A stretch of 59,118 nt of DNA from Candidatus Eiseniibacteriota bacterium (GTDB lineage: Bacteria > Eisenbacteria > RBG-16-71-46 > DASYSL01). The position numbers were made by a program, and so were the translations under genes. The stretch covers positions 1 through 59,118 of the forward strand of contig JANPEF010000049.1 of the NCBI GenBank assembly GCA_031431875.1. The letters run 5' to 3'. The notes under the pieces are model-generated. The model saw nothing but the letters and a program-made list of their open reading frames with translations, had not been told where the DNA came from and made no database searches. Positions within the stretch are counted from its first letter, which is position 1, and each line of letters begins with the position of its first letter. Shown here in pieces: positions 47,084 to 57,320 of the stretch.

Positions 47084-48885
47084 GCGGTGGCGGCGCGGGC
47101 GAAGGCGCGCGCCTCCCAGAGGCGGCGATAGGCCGCGCAGTCGGCGAGCAGGTCGTCGTGCCGGCCATCGCCGACGACGCACCCGTCGTCGAGCACGACG
47201 ATGCGTTCGGCGTCCCGGATGGCCTCCAGTTGGTGAACGATCACGAGGCAGGTGCGTCCGCGGGCGCGGCGATCGATCGCCGCGGCGAGCGCGCGCTCCG
47301 TGGCCGCGTCGAGCCCGGTCGCCGGCTCGTCGAGGAGCAGGATCGGCGCGTCGCGTAGAAATGCGCGGGCCAGCGCGATCCGCTGGCGCTGACCGCCCGA
47401 AAGCGTGGCCCCGCGCTCGGCGAGCGGCGTCTCGAGCCCCTGTGGCAATGCGCGCACGAAGCGGTCGACCTGTGCGTCGGCCAGCGCGCGCCACAGGTCC
47501 TCGTCGCCGCGCGTCGGATCGGCGAGCAACAGGTTCTCGCGAATCGTCGCGCCGAGCAGGACCGACTCCTGGAGGCCCACGGCGATCTGCCGGCGCAGGC
47601 TCGCGACCTTGTACTCCCGGAGATCGCGGCCATCGAGGCGCAGCGCGCCGTGCTCGGGATCGAACAGCCGTGAGACCAGCGCGAACAGCGTGCTCTTGCC
47701 GGCGCCCGTTGCGCCCACGATCGCGACGCGCTCGCCGGCGGCGATCCGGAAGTTGACGTCATGCAGGGCCGTGCGTCCCGCCGCATAGGTGTGATGGATG
47801 CCCGCGAACTCGAGGTCGCCACGCACGCCCTCGGCGCCGATCGCGTCCGGGCGATCGACCACGGTCGGCGCGGTGTCGAGCAGCGAGACGACGCGCTCGG
47901 CACAGGCCTGCGCCTTCGAGGCGCGCTGTGCCGCCCGCGCCAGGTCGCGCAGGGGGCGTTGCAGGCTGCGCACGTAGGAGAGGACGACGACGAGGTCGCC
48001 GGCGGTGATCGCCCCGGAGTGGACCCGCAACAGGCCGGCGAACAGCACGAGCGCGAGCCCCCCCCCGCCCGCTATCTCGACCGTCGCCTGTATGCGTGCC
48101 TCGGCGCGCGCCGCGGCGAGGCCCGCGGCGACGAACCCCTCGCCCTCCTGCTCGAGGCGACGTGCCGCGCGCTCCTCGGCGCCGAAGGTCTGGAGCACGG
48201 AGACGAGTTGCAGGCTCTCCCCCGCCACGGCGGCGAGCCGCCCCTCGCGCTTGCGCTGCGTGCGCGCGGCGGTGCGGATCGCGCCGACCTGGCGCCGCAC
48301 GATGAGCGCCAGGATCGGCGTGGCCGCCGCCGCGACCAACGCGAGGCGCGGGTCGAGGTGCACCAGCACGACGACCATCCCGATGAGAAAGACGCCGCGG
48401 CCCACCACGCGACTCACCTGTCCGACGAGAAACTCGCTGACGATGTTGAGGTCGCCGATCAGGTGAACGAGCAGCTCGCCGGCGCGCCGCTTGCGATGGA
48501 ACGCCGGCGACAGGCGCGCCAGGTGGCGGAACACGAGCATGCGCAGCGAGAGCAGCGCGCGCTGGCCGACCGTCGCCTGGAGTCGCGTCTGCGCCCCGGC
48601 GAACGCCGCGCCCAGCACCGCGATCCCCACGAAGGTGGCCGCCACGGCCGCCATGCCCCAGGGCGCGGGCATCTCGCGCAGGAAGGCGAATGCCGCGTCG
48701 CGCGGGCGGGCCGCCGAAGGCGGGGCGACGAACAGGTCGAGGGCGAGCTTGATCGGCCACGGCTTGAGCAGCTCGATCACGCCCGCGCCGATCGTCGCCA
48801 GCGCGGCGAGCGTGAGCGGGCGCACGTGCCCGGCGAGGGCGGTACGCGCCAGGCGCGCCAGCGGTTGCGTGGTCAGGCGGTTCAT
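47080..48885 (-). CDS. ABC exporter, fused permease/ATP-binding (MsbA-like)
   Basis: LLKPWPIK TM start, GATGAGKST, LSGGQRQRIALARA, LLLDEP..GLD. Confidence 0.93.
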   Translation of the reverse strand: MNRLTTQPLARLARTALAGHVRPLTLAALATIGAGVIELLKPWPIKLALDLFVAPPSAARPRDAAFAFLREMPAPWGMAAVAATFVGIAVLGAAFAGAQTRLQATVGQRALLSLRMLVFRHLARLSPAFHRKRRAGELLVHLIGDLNIVSEFLVGQVSRVVGRGVFLIGMVVVLVHLDPRLALVAAAATPILALIVRRQVGAIRTAARTQRKREGRLAAVAGESLQLVSVLQTFGAEERAARRLEQEGEGFVAAGLAAARAEARIQATVEIAGGGGLALVLFAGLLRVHSGAITAGDLVVVLSYVRSLQRPLRDLARAAQRASKAQACAERVVSLLDTAPTVVDRPDAIGAEGVRGDLEFAGIHHTYAAGRTALHDVNFRIAAGERVAIVGATGAGKSTLFALVSRLFDPEHGALRLDGRDLREYKVASLRRQIAVGLQESVLLGATIRENLLLADPTRGDEDLWRALADAQVDRFVRALPQGLETPLAERGATLSGGQRQRIALARAFLRDAPILLLDEPATGLDAATERALAAAIDRRARGRTCLVIVHQLEAIRDAERIVVLDDGCVVGDGRHDDLLADCAAYRRLWEARAFARAATA

Positions 48886-50066
48886 CAGGCCGACCCTTCG
48901 ACGCGGGTGGCGCGCACGGTGCGCACCACTGCATCGACCTCGGCGAGGAGCCGGCGCGCCACGTGGCGCCAGTCGAACTCGCGCCGCGCGCGCACGCGGG
49001 CGGCAGCGCCAAGGCGGAGCCGCAGCGCGCGGTCGTGCGCCAGCAGCACGAGCGCATCGGCCAGGGCGCGAACATCCACCGGCGGAACCAGCAGCGCGTC
49101 GCGACCGTGGAGAAAGCGTTCCCCGGTCTGCCCGGTCGCCGGCGCGACGATGGCGCACCCGGCGGCGGCATATTCGTAGACCTTGAGCGGCGAGAAGTAC
49201 GGCTCCTCGCCCGGAGCCGACGCCGCGACCGCGATGTCGATCCCGCGCAGGAACTCCGCCACCTCCTCGTGCGGGCGTGCGCCGTGGAAGCGCACGTCGT
49301 CGCCGGCCCCCGCCTGGGCGGCCCGCGCCTCGAGCTGCCCCCGCACCGGCCCGTCGCCCATGAACTCGAGCATCGTGCGTGCGCCGCGCGCGCGCGCGTC
49401 GAGCCAGGCGTCGAGCACGAGGTCGAGCCCGTGCCACGGCTTGAACGAACCGACGAAGCCGATGCGCACGGGCGCGCCCGCAGGCGGCTCGGGACGCGGT
49501 CCGTCGAACAGGTCGACCCGCACACCATTCGGAATCACCAGCGTGCGCCGCGACGAACCACCGCGCGCGACCACCCACGGCACGAGCGGCCGCGACACGC
49601 AGACGACGAGGTCGGCCGTCGCCAGCGTGTCGTGCAGGCGCTTGCGCGTCGCGGGTCCGGGCGTCGCGCCGCGGTAGCGCGCGGCCTCGTCGTCGAGCGG
49701 CGCGTTGACTTCGACCACGAGCGGCACGCCCAGGCGGCGGGCCAGCGTCACGCCGGCCGCGCTGTCGAGGGCCAGCCGCTCGAGCACGAAGTCCGGGCGG
49801 CGTGCGGCGGGCAGCGTGACTGCCGCCAGAGCCGCTGCGAACACGCGTTCGGCGATCACCGCCCCGTCGTCGCGGCCACGCGCGATGGGCTTGAGCGTGA
49901 CCCCCGGGGGCAGGGGCGGCGGCGCTTCGCCGCGGACCGCCGCGACGCCACAGACAGCAGCTCCTTCGGCGCCGAGCGCGCGCCACAGCTCGCGCAGGTG
50001 GACGCTCGCCCCCTTCGTGCCGTCGTAGGCGATCCCCGGATCGGCGCAGAGGGCCAGCACGTTCAC
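48885..50066 (-). CDS. Glycosyltransferase family 4
   Basis: DPGI...GTKGASVH, VEVNAPL, PNGV, GFVGSFKPWHG, YFSPLKVYEY.A.G. Confidence 0.9.
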   Translation of the reverse strand: MNVLALCADPGIAYDGTKGASVHLRELWRALGAEGAAVCGVAAVRGEAPPPLPPGVTLKPIARGRDDGAVIAERVFAAALAAVTLPAARRPDFVLERLALDSAAGVTLARRLGVPLVVEVNAPLDDEAARYRGATPGPATRKRLHDTLATADLVVCVSRPLVPWVVARGGSSRRTLVIPNGVRVDLFDGPRPEPPAGAPVRIGFVGSFKPWHGLDLVLDAWLDARARGARTMLEFMGDGPVRGQLEARAAQAGAGDDVRFHGARPHEEVAEFLRGIDIAVAASAPGEEPYFSPLKVYEYAAAGCAIVAPATGQTGERFLHGRDALLVPPVDVRALADALVLLAHDRALRLRLGAAARVRARREFDWRHVARRLLAEVDAVVRTVRATRVEGSA

Positions 50067-51298
50067 GCGCACTCCGCGCGGGGGGCGTCGTCGAACCACG
50101 ACGACAGCGTGGCGACGTTGCGGCGCAGGTCGAAGCGCTCGACCGCGCTGGCGCGGGCCGCCACCGCCATGCGCGCCCGGGTAGCGGGGTCGAGCAACAG
50201 CTCGACCAGGGCCGCGGCGAGCGCGTCGGGATCGCCGGGGGCGACGAGTCGCCCCTCGATGCCATCGCGCACAATCTCGGGATTCCCGGTGACGGTCGTC
50301 GTGACGCAGGGCACGCCCGAGGCGAGCGCCTCGAGCAGGACGGTCGGCAGGCCGTCGCGATTGCCATCGCGGGCGATGCGACAGGGCAGCGCAAACAGCG
50401 TCGCCGAGGCGAACAGCTCGCGCACCGCGTCCTGCGGCAGCGCCCCCGCCCAGCGCACGGTGTCCGTGATGCCGAGCCTCTGCGCGCGCGCCACCAGCGC
50501 GTCGCGCTCGGGGCCCTCGCCGACGAGGACGAGCCGCGCCGCCGGCACGCGGGCCACGACCGCGGGCCACGCGTCGAGCAGGTCGGCGAAGCCCTTCTTC
50601 TCGACCAGGCGCCCGATGGCGAGGACGACCGGCCCGTCGTGCGGCGCCGGTGCCGCCCGCGCGCCCGGGGAGAAGCGCTCGAGGTCGACGCCGTTGTACA
50701 GTCGCCGCACACGAGTCCGCTCGCCGCCCAGCACGCCCTCGAGATGGGCGCGATTGAAGTCGGAGACGGTGACGACGAATCGTGCGGCGCGCATCTTGGC
50801 GCGCAGCAGGTCGAGGTCCGTGTCGGCATGGAAGATGTCCTTCGCGTGCGCCGTGAAGCTGAAGGGCACTCCGGCGAGGTGGGCCGCGAACATGGCGACC
50901 CGCGACGGGGCGCTCGCAAAGTGCGCGTGCAGGTGGCGCGGCGGATCAGGCTCGAGATCGCGCACCATCACGGCCGCCTGGAAAAAGCGCTTCCACGCCT
51001 GGTGCGTCCGCCGCGTCGCCACGTAGCGCAGGAGGCTTCCGACCCGCCGGGGATGACGCACGAGGAGTGCGAGCGCCGCCGCCCCGCCGTAGAGGAGCCA
51101 CGCGACGGGGCGTTCCGGCAGCTCCACCACGCGCGCCTTGAGGTGCGCCACGTCGGGATGCCGCGGGCCGGTCGCGGCGCGTTTCAACGAATAGACCGTG
51201 AGTGTGAAGCCGCGGCGCTCGAGCTCGAGAAGCTCGCTGAGGATGAACGTCTCGGACAGTCGCGGGAACATCTTCACCACGTAGCCGAGCCGTGGCAT
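50063..51298 (-). CDS. Glycosyltransferase family 4 (WcaL-like)
   Basis: YVVKMFPRLSETFI..E, HLHAHFA, FTAHAKDI, GRLVEKKG, DGNRDGLPTVLLEA. Confidence 0.92.
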   Translation of the reverse strand: MPRLGYVVKMFPRLSETFILSELLELERRGFTLTVYSLKRAATGPRHPDVAHLKARVVELPERPVAWLLYGGAAALALLVRHPRRVGSLLRYVATRRTHQAWKRFFQAAVMVRDLEPDPPRHLHAHFASAPSRVAMFAAHLAGVPFSFTAHAKDIFHADTDLDLLRAKMRAARFVVTVSDFNRAHLEGVLGGERTRVRRLYNGVDLERFSPGARAAPAPHDGPVVLAIGRLVEKKGFADLLDAWPAVVARVPAARLVLVGEGPERDALVARAQRLGITDTVRWAGALPQDAVRELFASATLFALPCRIARDGNRDGLPTVLLEALASGVPCVTTTVTGNPEIVRDGIEGRLVAPGDPDALAAALVELLLDPATRARMAVAARASAVERFDLRRNVATLSSWFDDAPRAECA

Positions 51299-52521
51299 CA
51301 CGCGACCTCCGCCCGTCGCACCGCCGGGAAGCGCGCCGACACGAGGTCGCGCATCTCCTCGCTCACGCGCGAGGCGCCGTCGGTGCGGAACGGCAGCGCC
51401 GTTTGCCGCGGGCCCAGGGCGAGCGCGCCGGCGATCGCGGCAAGCAGTGCCGCGGGATCGGCCTCGTCCGGATGAAGCATGGTGCACAGCCCGCGCTCGG
51501 CCATCGCGCTGGCGCGAATCCACTGTTCGAGCCGCGGCGTGACGCGCGGCACCACGACGGCGGGCGTGCCGGCCGCGAGGATCTCGGTCATCGAGTTATA
51601 GCCCGCCATCGACACCACGCAATCGGCCGCGGCGACGAGCGATGGCAGGTCGGGCTCGAACTCCTGCATCACCACCGAGGGAATCGGCGCGGCGCGGGAC
51701 TTGAGCGCGTCCGCGGAGTCGTTCGCCATCAACGGGCCGGTGATCACGACGAGACGGGTCGCCGGCGGCGGCGTGCGGGCGAAGCCGTCGAGCAACGCCT
51801 CGAGCACGGCCGCGCCGTCGCCACCTCCGCCCACCGTGGCGACGACCAGCCGCTCCTGCGGCGCCAGCGCGAAACGCTCGCGAACCCGCGCGGCGGCCGT
51901 GCGCGGCTCGGCCCACAGCACGTAACCGGTGAATCGCACGCGGCCGTTGAGCCGCGGCGACAGCCCGTACTCCTCGGGCGATGGACCGAGTCCACGCTCG
52001 CCGTACACGAGGACGCGATCGTAGATGCGATCCATCCAGTCGAGCGTTCCGTCGCGCTCCCACTCGGCGCGCACCCGGGCCGGCTCGTCGATCACGTCGC
52101 GCAGGCCGAGCACGAGCCGCACCCCGGGCCGCGCCTTGCGCAGGCGCTCCAGCGGGGTGACCAACTCCCCCGCCATGCCCGCCGGCGCGTGGTCGACGAG
52201 CAGCACGTCGGGGGCGAAGGCGAGCAGCGCCTCGGCAATGAGCCGCGACCGGAGGTCGGTCAACTCGCCCAGCGTGAGGTCGAGCGAGCGCGACTCATAG
52301 GCTCCACCAGGGCCCTTGGTGGCGGACGGGATCTTCACGAAATCGAAGCGCGGCGGCAGCGGAAAGGCGTGCGCCTGGTTCGATCCCGTGAGCGCGAGCA
52401 GGTGGACCGCGGGCAGGTCGCGCGCCAGGCGATGCGCCAGCGTCAGGTTGCGGCGCAGGTGGCCGAGCCCGAACGTGTCGTGTCCATAGAGCGCGATGCG
52501 CGGACCGCGGGCCACGGTCAC
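51298..52521 (-). CDS. Predicted GT-B glycosyltransferase (COG4671 / Glyco_tran_28_C type)
   Basis: YGHDTFGLGHLRRN, VDH.P.G..GEL, LGLRDVID, VGGGGDG, SMAGYN..EI, VPR..PRLEQ.IRA. Confidence 0.88.
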   Translation of the reverse strand: MTVARGPRIALYGHDTFGLGHLRRNLTLAHRLARDLPAVHLLALTGSNQAHAFPLPPRFDFVKIPSATKGPGGAYESRSLDLTLGELTDLRSRLIAEALLAFAPDVLLVDHAPAGMAGELVTPLERLRKARPGVRLVLGLRDVIDEPARVRAEWERDGTLDWMDRIYDRVLVYGERGLGPSPEEYGLSPRLNGRVRFTGYVLWAEPRTAAARVRERFALAPQERLVVATVGGGGDGAAVLEALLDGFARTPPPATRLVVITGPLMANDSADALKSRAAPIPSVVMQEFEPDLPSLVAAADCVVSMAGYNSMTEILAAGTPAVVVPRVTPRLEQWIRASAMAERGLCTMLHPDEADPAALLAAIAGALALGPRQTALPFRTDGASRVSEEMRDLVSARFPAVRRAEVA

Positions 52522-53201
52522 TGCAGATCGAGCGCGCGCGCGCGGCTCGCCCCCTGCACATTGTTGGCGAAGCGCAGCTTGACGCGCCAGTACCAGCGTC
52601 CGGCGCCCAGCACCTGCCCGGCAAAGCCGTTCTGGTTGCCCACGCCGTTCCACGACGCCTCGGTCGAGGGAACCTGGGCCGACTGCCACGCGAGTTCGCC
52701 ATTCGCATCGTCGAGATAGACCGCCGACCAGAGCGCGGGCGCGGCGTAGGCCGACCAGCGGAAGACCAGCGGCGTGCTGAAACCTGGACGGGGCACGCTC
52801 GCTCCATCGGCAGGAGCAAGCTGATCGAACCCGTGGGAGGCGACGTCGAACGGCGGGACTGCGACGACCTGCCCCGCGGCCGAAGTCACGAAGAACCAGC
52901 GCACATAGCCAAGGTCGCTCGCCAGCGCGCCCGAGACCTTCACCATCCAGCTCCCGGCGGGCAGGTTATCGAAGCCGTATGATCCGTCGGCGCCGGCGAA
53001 GACCGAGTCGCGCTGCGCGCCGCTGGCGTCGTCGTAGAGCTTCACCTTGATGGCGACTGCGGGCGCGCCGGCGCGACGCACCACGCCGGAGACGTCGTGT
53101 GTCGGCGCCGGCCCGGTCGGGCCCGTCTCGCGGCTCACGCCGCACCCGCTCGCGAACAACGCGACGAATCCCGCGACGGCGCACATCTGGCGCCCGCTCA
53201 C
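52518..53201 (-). CDS. Lipoprotein with carboxypeptidase-regulatory-like (prealbumin-fold) domain
   Basis: Lipobox-like FASG-C. VSGVV..V.LYD..ADGSYGFDNLPAGSW.V. C-terminal WNG.GNQ.G.....G.WYW.V. GTGA overlaps at both ends. Confidence 0.7.
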   Translation of the reverse strand: MSGRQMCAVAGFVALFASGCGVSRETGPTGPAPTHDVSGVVRRAGAPAVAIKVKLYDDASGAQRDSVFAGADGSYGFDNLPAGSWMVKVSGALASDLGYVRWFFVTSAAGQVVAVPPFDVASHGFDQLAPADGASVPRPGFSTPLVFRWSAYAAPALWSAVYLDDANGELAWQSAQVPSTEASWNGVGNQNGFAGQVLGAGRWYWRVKLRFANNVQGASRARALDLQ

Positions 53202-54637
53202 GGCAGCACCACGAACGGGCGCGTCTCGACGCTCGCGCCGTCGCTCCAGCGCACGCGGTAGACGCCGGGCGGCACGCGCCGGCCGGTGCGATCGCGCAGG
53301 TCCCACGCGGCGCGACCGGCACTGTTGCCCGCCCCGCCGCGATGCACGTCCGCCACGCGACGGCCGGCGGCGTCAACGACCGCGAGGTCGAACGCGCGTC
53401 CGCTGCCTCCGGCAAACGTGAAGGCGACCGCGGCGCGGGCCGGCGACGGCGCGGGGGCGCCCAGGCGCATTGCGGGCGCGCCGCCGGCGACGGCGACCGC
53501 CTGCGGGGCGCCGAGCGCGTACAGCTTTCCGTCGTAGGCGCCGAAGTACACCGCGCCGTCCGCGCCGATCGCCGGCGATGAGCGCACCGGCGCGCCGACC
53601 GGGAACGACCAGCGCAGCGTGCCGTTCGGCTCGAGGCAATAGAATGTCGAGTCGTCGGAGCCGAAGTAGACGGCGCCATCCGCCGCGCACACGGGCGAGG
53701 AGCGGATGCTGTTGCCGGCGTTGAAGTCCCACAGGAACGCTCCGGTCGTCGGCTCGAGCGCGACGACGTGCGATCCCGCCGCGGCCACGAGCGAACCGTC
53801 GGCGCGTACGCACGGGGTGGTGTCGAAGCGGCGACCGTCGGTGTACGCCCAGCGCAGCACTCCGTCCGGGCGAACCGCGTACAGGAACGTGTCCTCGCTG
53901 CCGATGTAGACCGTTCCGTCGTTCGCCACGGCGGGCGACGCCAGGTCGATGATGTCACCGGTCACGCCCGTCCACAGTGACGATCCGGTATCGCTCACCG
54001 CGTGGAGCATGAAGTCGTGCGAGCCGACGTACAGCGCGCCGCTCGGTCCCCGGGCGGCCGACGAGCGCACGTTGCCGAGCGTCGCATAGGTCCACACCGG
54101 CACGCCCGCGGCCGTGAAGCGATACAGGTTGTTGTCGCCGTTGCCCGCGACCACGTCGCCGTTGGGCAGGAGCAGCGGCGAGGTGCGGAACGTGCTACCG
54201 CGTGTTGCCTTCCAGCGCAACGTGCCGGCCGCAGTCACGGCGTACAGGGTGCTGTCCATCGATCCGATGTAGACCGTGCCGTCGGTGGCGAGCGCCGGGC
54301 CGCCAAAGCGCAGCTCGCCGCCGGTGAGGAACGACCAGCGCAGCGTGCCGTTCGCGTTCACCGCGTAGAGCCGACGATCGATCGAACCGACGTACACCGC
54401 GCCGTCCGGCCCGATCACCGGCGAGGAGGCGACGATCGAGTCCCCGGTGGTGAAGGTCCAACGCAGTTGCGCGGTCGCCAGCGACGGCGCGGTTGAACGG
54501 CCGGAGCGCGCGGCGTCCCCGTGGAACAGGGGCCAGGCCGAGGACGCCGGCTGGGCGCCGACGGCGGGAGCGAGCAGCGCGAGCGCGACAGCAAGGAGAC
54601 CGGCGGGGACCGGTGGGCGCATCGACATGGGACGCAT
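53198..54637 (-). CDS. Secreted PQQ-like (BamB-type) beta-propeller protein with FlgD/T9SS-like C-terminal domain
   Basis: Signal peptide, WPLFHGD..RSG, eight SSP.I..DG.VY.GS.D..LYA....G.L.W repeats, and C-terminal PSP..VVDAAGRRV..WDLRD..G..VPPGVY.VR. Confidence 0.88.
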   Translation of the reverse strand: MRPMSMRPPVPAGLLAVALALLAPAVGAQPASSAWPLFHGDAARSGRSTAPSLATAQLRWTFTTGDSIVASSPVIGPDGAVYVGSIDRRLYAVNANGTLRWSFLTGGELRFGGPALATDGTVYIGSMDSTLYAVTAAGTLRWKATRGSTFRTSPLLLPNGDVVAGNGDNNLYRFTAAGVPVWTYATLGNVRSSAARGPSGALYVGSHDFMLHAVSDTGSSLWTGVTGDIIDLASPAVANDGTVYIGSEDTFLYAVRPDGVLRWAYTDGRRFDTTPCVRADGSLVAAAGSHVVALEPTTGAFLWDFNAGNSIRSSPVCAADGAVYFGSDDSTFYCLEPNGTLRWSFPVGAPVRSSPAIGADGAVYFGAYDGKLYALGAPQAVAVAGGAPAMRLGAPAPSPARAAVAFTFAGGSGRAFDLAVVDAAGRRVADVHRGGAGNSAGRAAWDLRDRTGRRVPPGVYRVRWSDGASVETRPFVVLP

Positions 54638-54654
54638 CGGCAGTTCTCCTCGGC

Positions 54655-55632
54655 TCAGCGTTCGACGACAAGACCGAGGCCGACGCCCCGGACCACGGAG
54701 TTCTTCGCGTCACGCGTCGATCCGGTCGCGCGCCACTGGGCGCCGAATTCGACGCGCAGCGGACCGGCGATGGGATGATCGAGCGTGGTGAAGACGCGCC
54801 AGCGATTGTCCTGGCGACTGAAGTTGGAGGCGAAGACGTCCCCGGTGCGGTAGGAGCGGACACCGCCCTCGAGGCGGAGCGCACCATGCAGGCGCGCGAC
54901 GAGCGCGCCCTCGGCGTCGAGGCGCAGGACGTTCTGGCCGTAGCTGTAGAGATCGGTGATCGATTGCGTGTCGCGGTAGAACCAGGTCAGCGCCGTGCGA
55001 AACGTCTGCGCCTGGCCGCGCTCGACGCCGAGACGCGTCGACCAGCGGCGGTCGTCTCGCTCCGGGTGAAGTTCGTCGAATGCGTTCTCCTCGCGCTCGA
55101 TGCCGCCGTGGAGGCGAACGCCGGGGACCACCTCGACCCGAACTTCGGCTCCGGTGTTGCGCCGATCGACGATTGCGTCGCCGGACGGGTCGGGGAAATA
55201 GAGCTCGTCGTTGGCGAATCCATGGAACAGGCGGAGGCGAACATTGGAGCGGCGAAGGTCGACGCCGAACTCGTAGGCGACGAGGTCGCGCTCCGGATAC
55301 ACGTGGTAACGCTCGATCCCGAGGTCCGCCCACGGCTTGATCCGCAGGTGATCGCCGGCGTGAAACGTCACCTCGGGGGCGAGTCCGAGGCGAAGCCCCT
55401 GGTCAGGCTCGCGGGTGTCGCCCCCGGGGAAGACGTCGCTGGTGGCGAAGACGTCGAGACGCGCTGTGCCGGCGAACTCGGGGGCCGCGGTCCGGGCCAT
55501 CGCCGGTGCGGTGAGGGAGCAGCCGATGGCCACGGTCGCGAGCAGCCGGAGAAGCGCCAGGGAGCCGCCTCGAAGGGAGCCTGGGGCGACTCGGCCGGCG
55601 GTGCGGCGCAGGATGCGGGAACGAGGGTGCAT
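54655..55632 (-). CDS. Putative outer-membrane beta-barrel protein
   Basis: Signal-like LLRLLATVAIGCSLTAPAMA followed by amphipathic alternating strands (ERYH.YP.RD, RDD.RW..RLG, final strand GVGLGLVV). Start uncertain. Confidence 0.6.
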   Translation of the reverse strand: MHPRSRILRRTAGRVAPGSLRGGSLALLRLLATVAIGCSLTAPAMARTAAPEFAGTARLDVFATSDVFPGGDTREPDQGLRLGLAPEVTFHAGDHLRIKPWADLGIERYHVYPERDLVAYEFGVDLRRSNVRLRLFHGFANDELYFPDPSGDAIVDRRNTGAEVRVEVVPGVRLHGGIEREENAFDELHPERDDRRWSTRLGVERGQAQTFRTALTWFYRDTQSITDLYSYGQNVLRLDAEGALVARLHGALRLEGGVRSYRTGDVFASNFSRQDNRWRVFTTLDHPIAGPLRVEFGAQWRATGSTRDAKNSVVRGVGLGLVVER

Positions 55633-55973
55633 GCCCCACAGGTGGGCGCGGCAACCCTTCTGATACAGAAAATCGAACTCGGTCGCGCCCACGAGATCGC
55701 TCATCCAGGCGGCGACGGTCTCGAGGAGTGCGTGCGGGTCGAGCGCGGAGGCGACCAGACGGCTCACGTCGAGCCGCGCGGACAGACGACGGCGCTGCCG
55801 GCCCTCGCGGGCAATAATCGCCACGGGAGTGTCGGGAGTCGGAGGAGAAGGGTGCACGCTGGGGGATATCGGCAGGACGCCCACTCTGCTTGATCGAGAA
55901 CTGTGGCGGAAAATCGATCGGCGGCCCTGGCTCGCAGGCGCGAGTCGGGGCCTGACGGGGCCGCCCGGCGCGC

Positions 55974-57320
55974 CTAGGGGGTGGTTACCACCGACCGCAC
56001 GATGCCGATCCCATCCTCGCCGGCGCCTCGATCGGGCGCCAGGGCCGCGGCCAGGTCGAGGATCCCCACGCCGTAGTGCGATGTCGCCTCGGGCACCGAG
56101 GGATCGAACGCGCGGGCGCCCTCGCCCAGGCGCTGCATGACCTCGGCGCGGGTCCACTGCGGATGCACGGCGAGGAGGAGCGCGGCGCCACCGGCCACCC
56201 AGGGCGTGGCCATCGAGGTGCCGCTCCACACGGCGGTGTGCCCGTTCCAGTACGCGCTGCGGATGCCCTCGCCGGGAGCCGAGATCGCGACGTGACTGCC
56301 GAAGCTGGTGAAGGACGCGGGCAGCGACGCGGGATTCGTGGCGGCCACGGCGAACGCGTCGGATTCGTGGGCCGGGAACTCCTCGGGATTCTCCGCGCCC
56401 CAGTTGCCGGCGGAGGCGAAGACAACGACGCCGCACGCGACCGCCCGCTCGAGGGCCTCGTCGATCAGGCGATCCTCGACCAGCATGCCGAGGCTCAGGT
56501 TCATGACGCGGGCGCCACGGGCGACGGCGAGATCGATGGCGCGCGCGATGTCGTACGCCTCGCCGCGGCCGTCGTCGTCGAGCACCCGCAGCGGCAGGAT
56601 GCGCGCCTCGGGGGCGACCAGCGCGACGATGCCGGCGACGTGGCTGCCGTGGCCCAGGGCTTCGTCGATGCGGCCGTCCTGATCCTCGTCGATGCCGTTG
56701 GGCGCTTCGGTCGGATCGGCGTCGCCATCGACGAAGTCGTATCCCGCGACGAGGCGTCCGGCGAAAGCGCGGTGGTCGGGATCGATGCCCGTGTCGAGAA
56801 CCGCCACGAGGATGCCGCGTCCACGCGAGACCTTGTGCGCCTCGTGCAGGCCGACGCGGCGCGCCGCAGCCAGGTCGACGATGGCCGAGCCGAAATCGGA
56901 GCCATCATCGAAGGCGAACGAGTGACCGCGCGATTCGGCGCTCTCGCTGATCAGGTTCGGTTCGGCCCAGGTGACCCGGGGATCGCTCGCCATCCGGGTC
57001 AGGAGCGAGGCCACGGTCTCCCCGGCGGGGATCGCACAGACCCGGGCCATGCCGAGCTCGCTCTCGAGGTCGAGTCCGTATTCGGCCTCGAGCGCATCGT
57101 CGTCGCCGTCCGGGGCGCCCCACCAGATGACGACCGACGGATCGTACTCGACGGCGACGGTCGCGCCCCCGAGGTCCCCGCGCGCGATCGTCGGGTACGG
57201 GCCGCGGGCACGCACGGCCACCGGCTCGGGCGCGGTCCCTGGCGCGCAACCGAGCGGCAGGAGCGCGATCAACGAGCAGGCTGCGACGAGAACTGCGGTG
57301 CGAGCGGAGTGACAGATCAC
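55974..57320 (-). CDS. S8 subtilase-family serine protease, probable lipoprotein
   Basis: Catalytic VAVLDTG, GHGSHVAG, SAGN, SGTSMATP. Lipobox-like LPLG-C. Propeptide ending WAEPN. Confidence 0.93.
   Translation of the reverse strand: MICHSARTAVLVAACSLIALLPLGCAPGTAPEPVAVRARGPYPTIARGDLGGATVAVEYDPSVVIWWGAPDGDDDALEAEYGLDLESELGMARVCAIPAGETVASLLTRMASDPRVTWAEPNLISESAESRGHSFAFDDGSDFGSAIVDLAAARRVGLHEAHKVSRGRGILVAVLDTGIDPDHRAFAGRLVAGYDFVDGDADPTEAPNGIDEDQDGRIDEALGHGSHVAGIVALVAPEARILPLRVLDDDGRGEAYDIARAIDLAVARGARVMNLSLGMLVEDRLIDEALERAVACGVVVFASAGNWGAENPEEFPAHESDAFAVAATNPASLPASFTSFGSHVAISAPGEGIRSAYWNGHTAVWSGTSMATPWVAGGAALLLAVHPQWTRAEVMQRLGEGARAFDPSVPEATSHYGVGILDLAAALAPDRGAGEDGIGIVRSVVTTP

Noticed and set aside
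47080..50919. 1279-aa GT-ABC fusion
   Set aside because: The upstream part is off-frame over two GT4 genes. The ABC gene starts at 48885.
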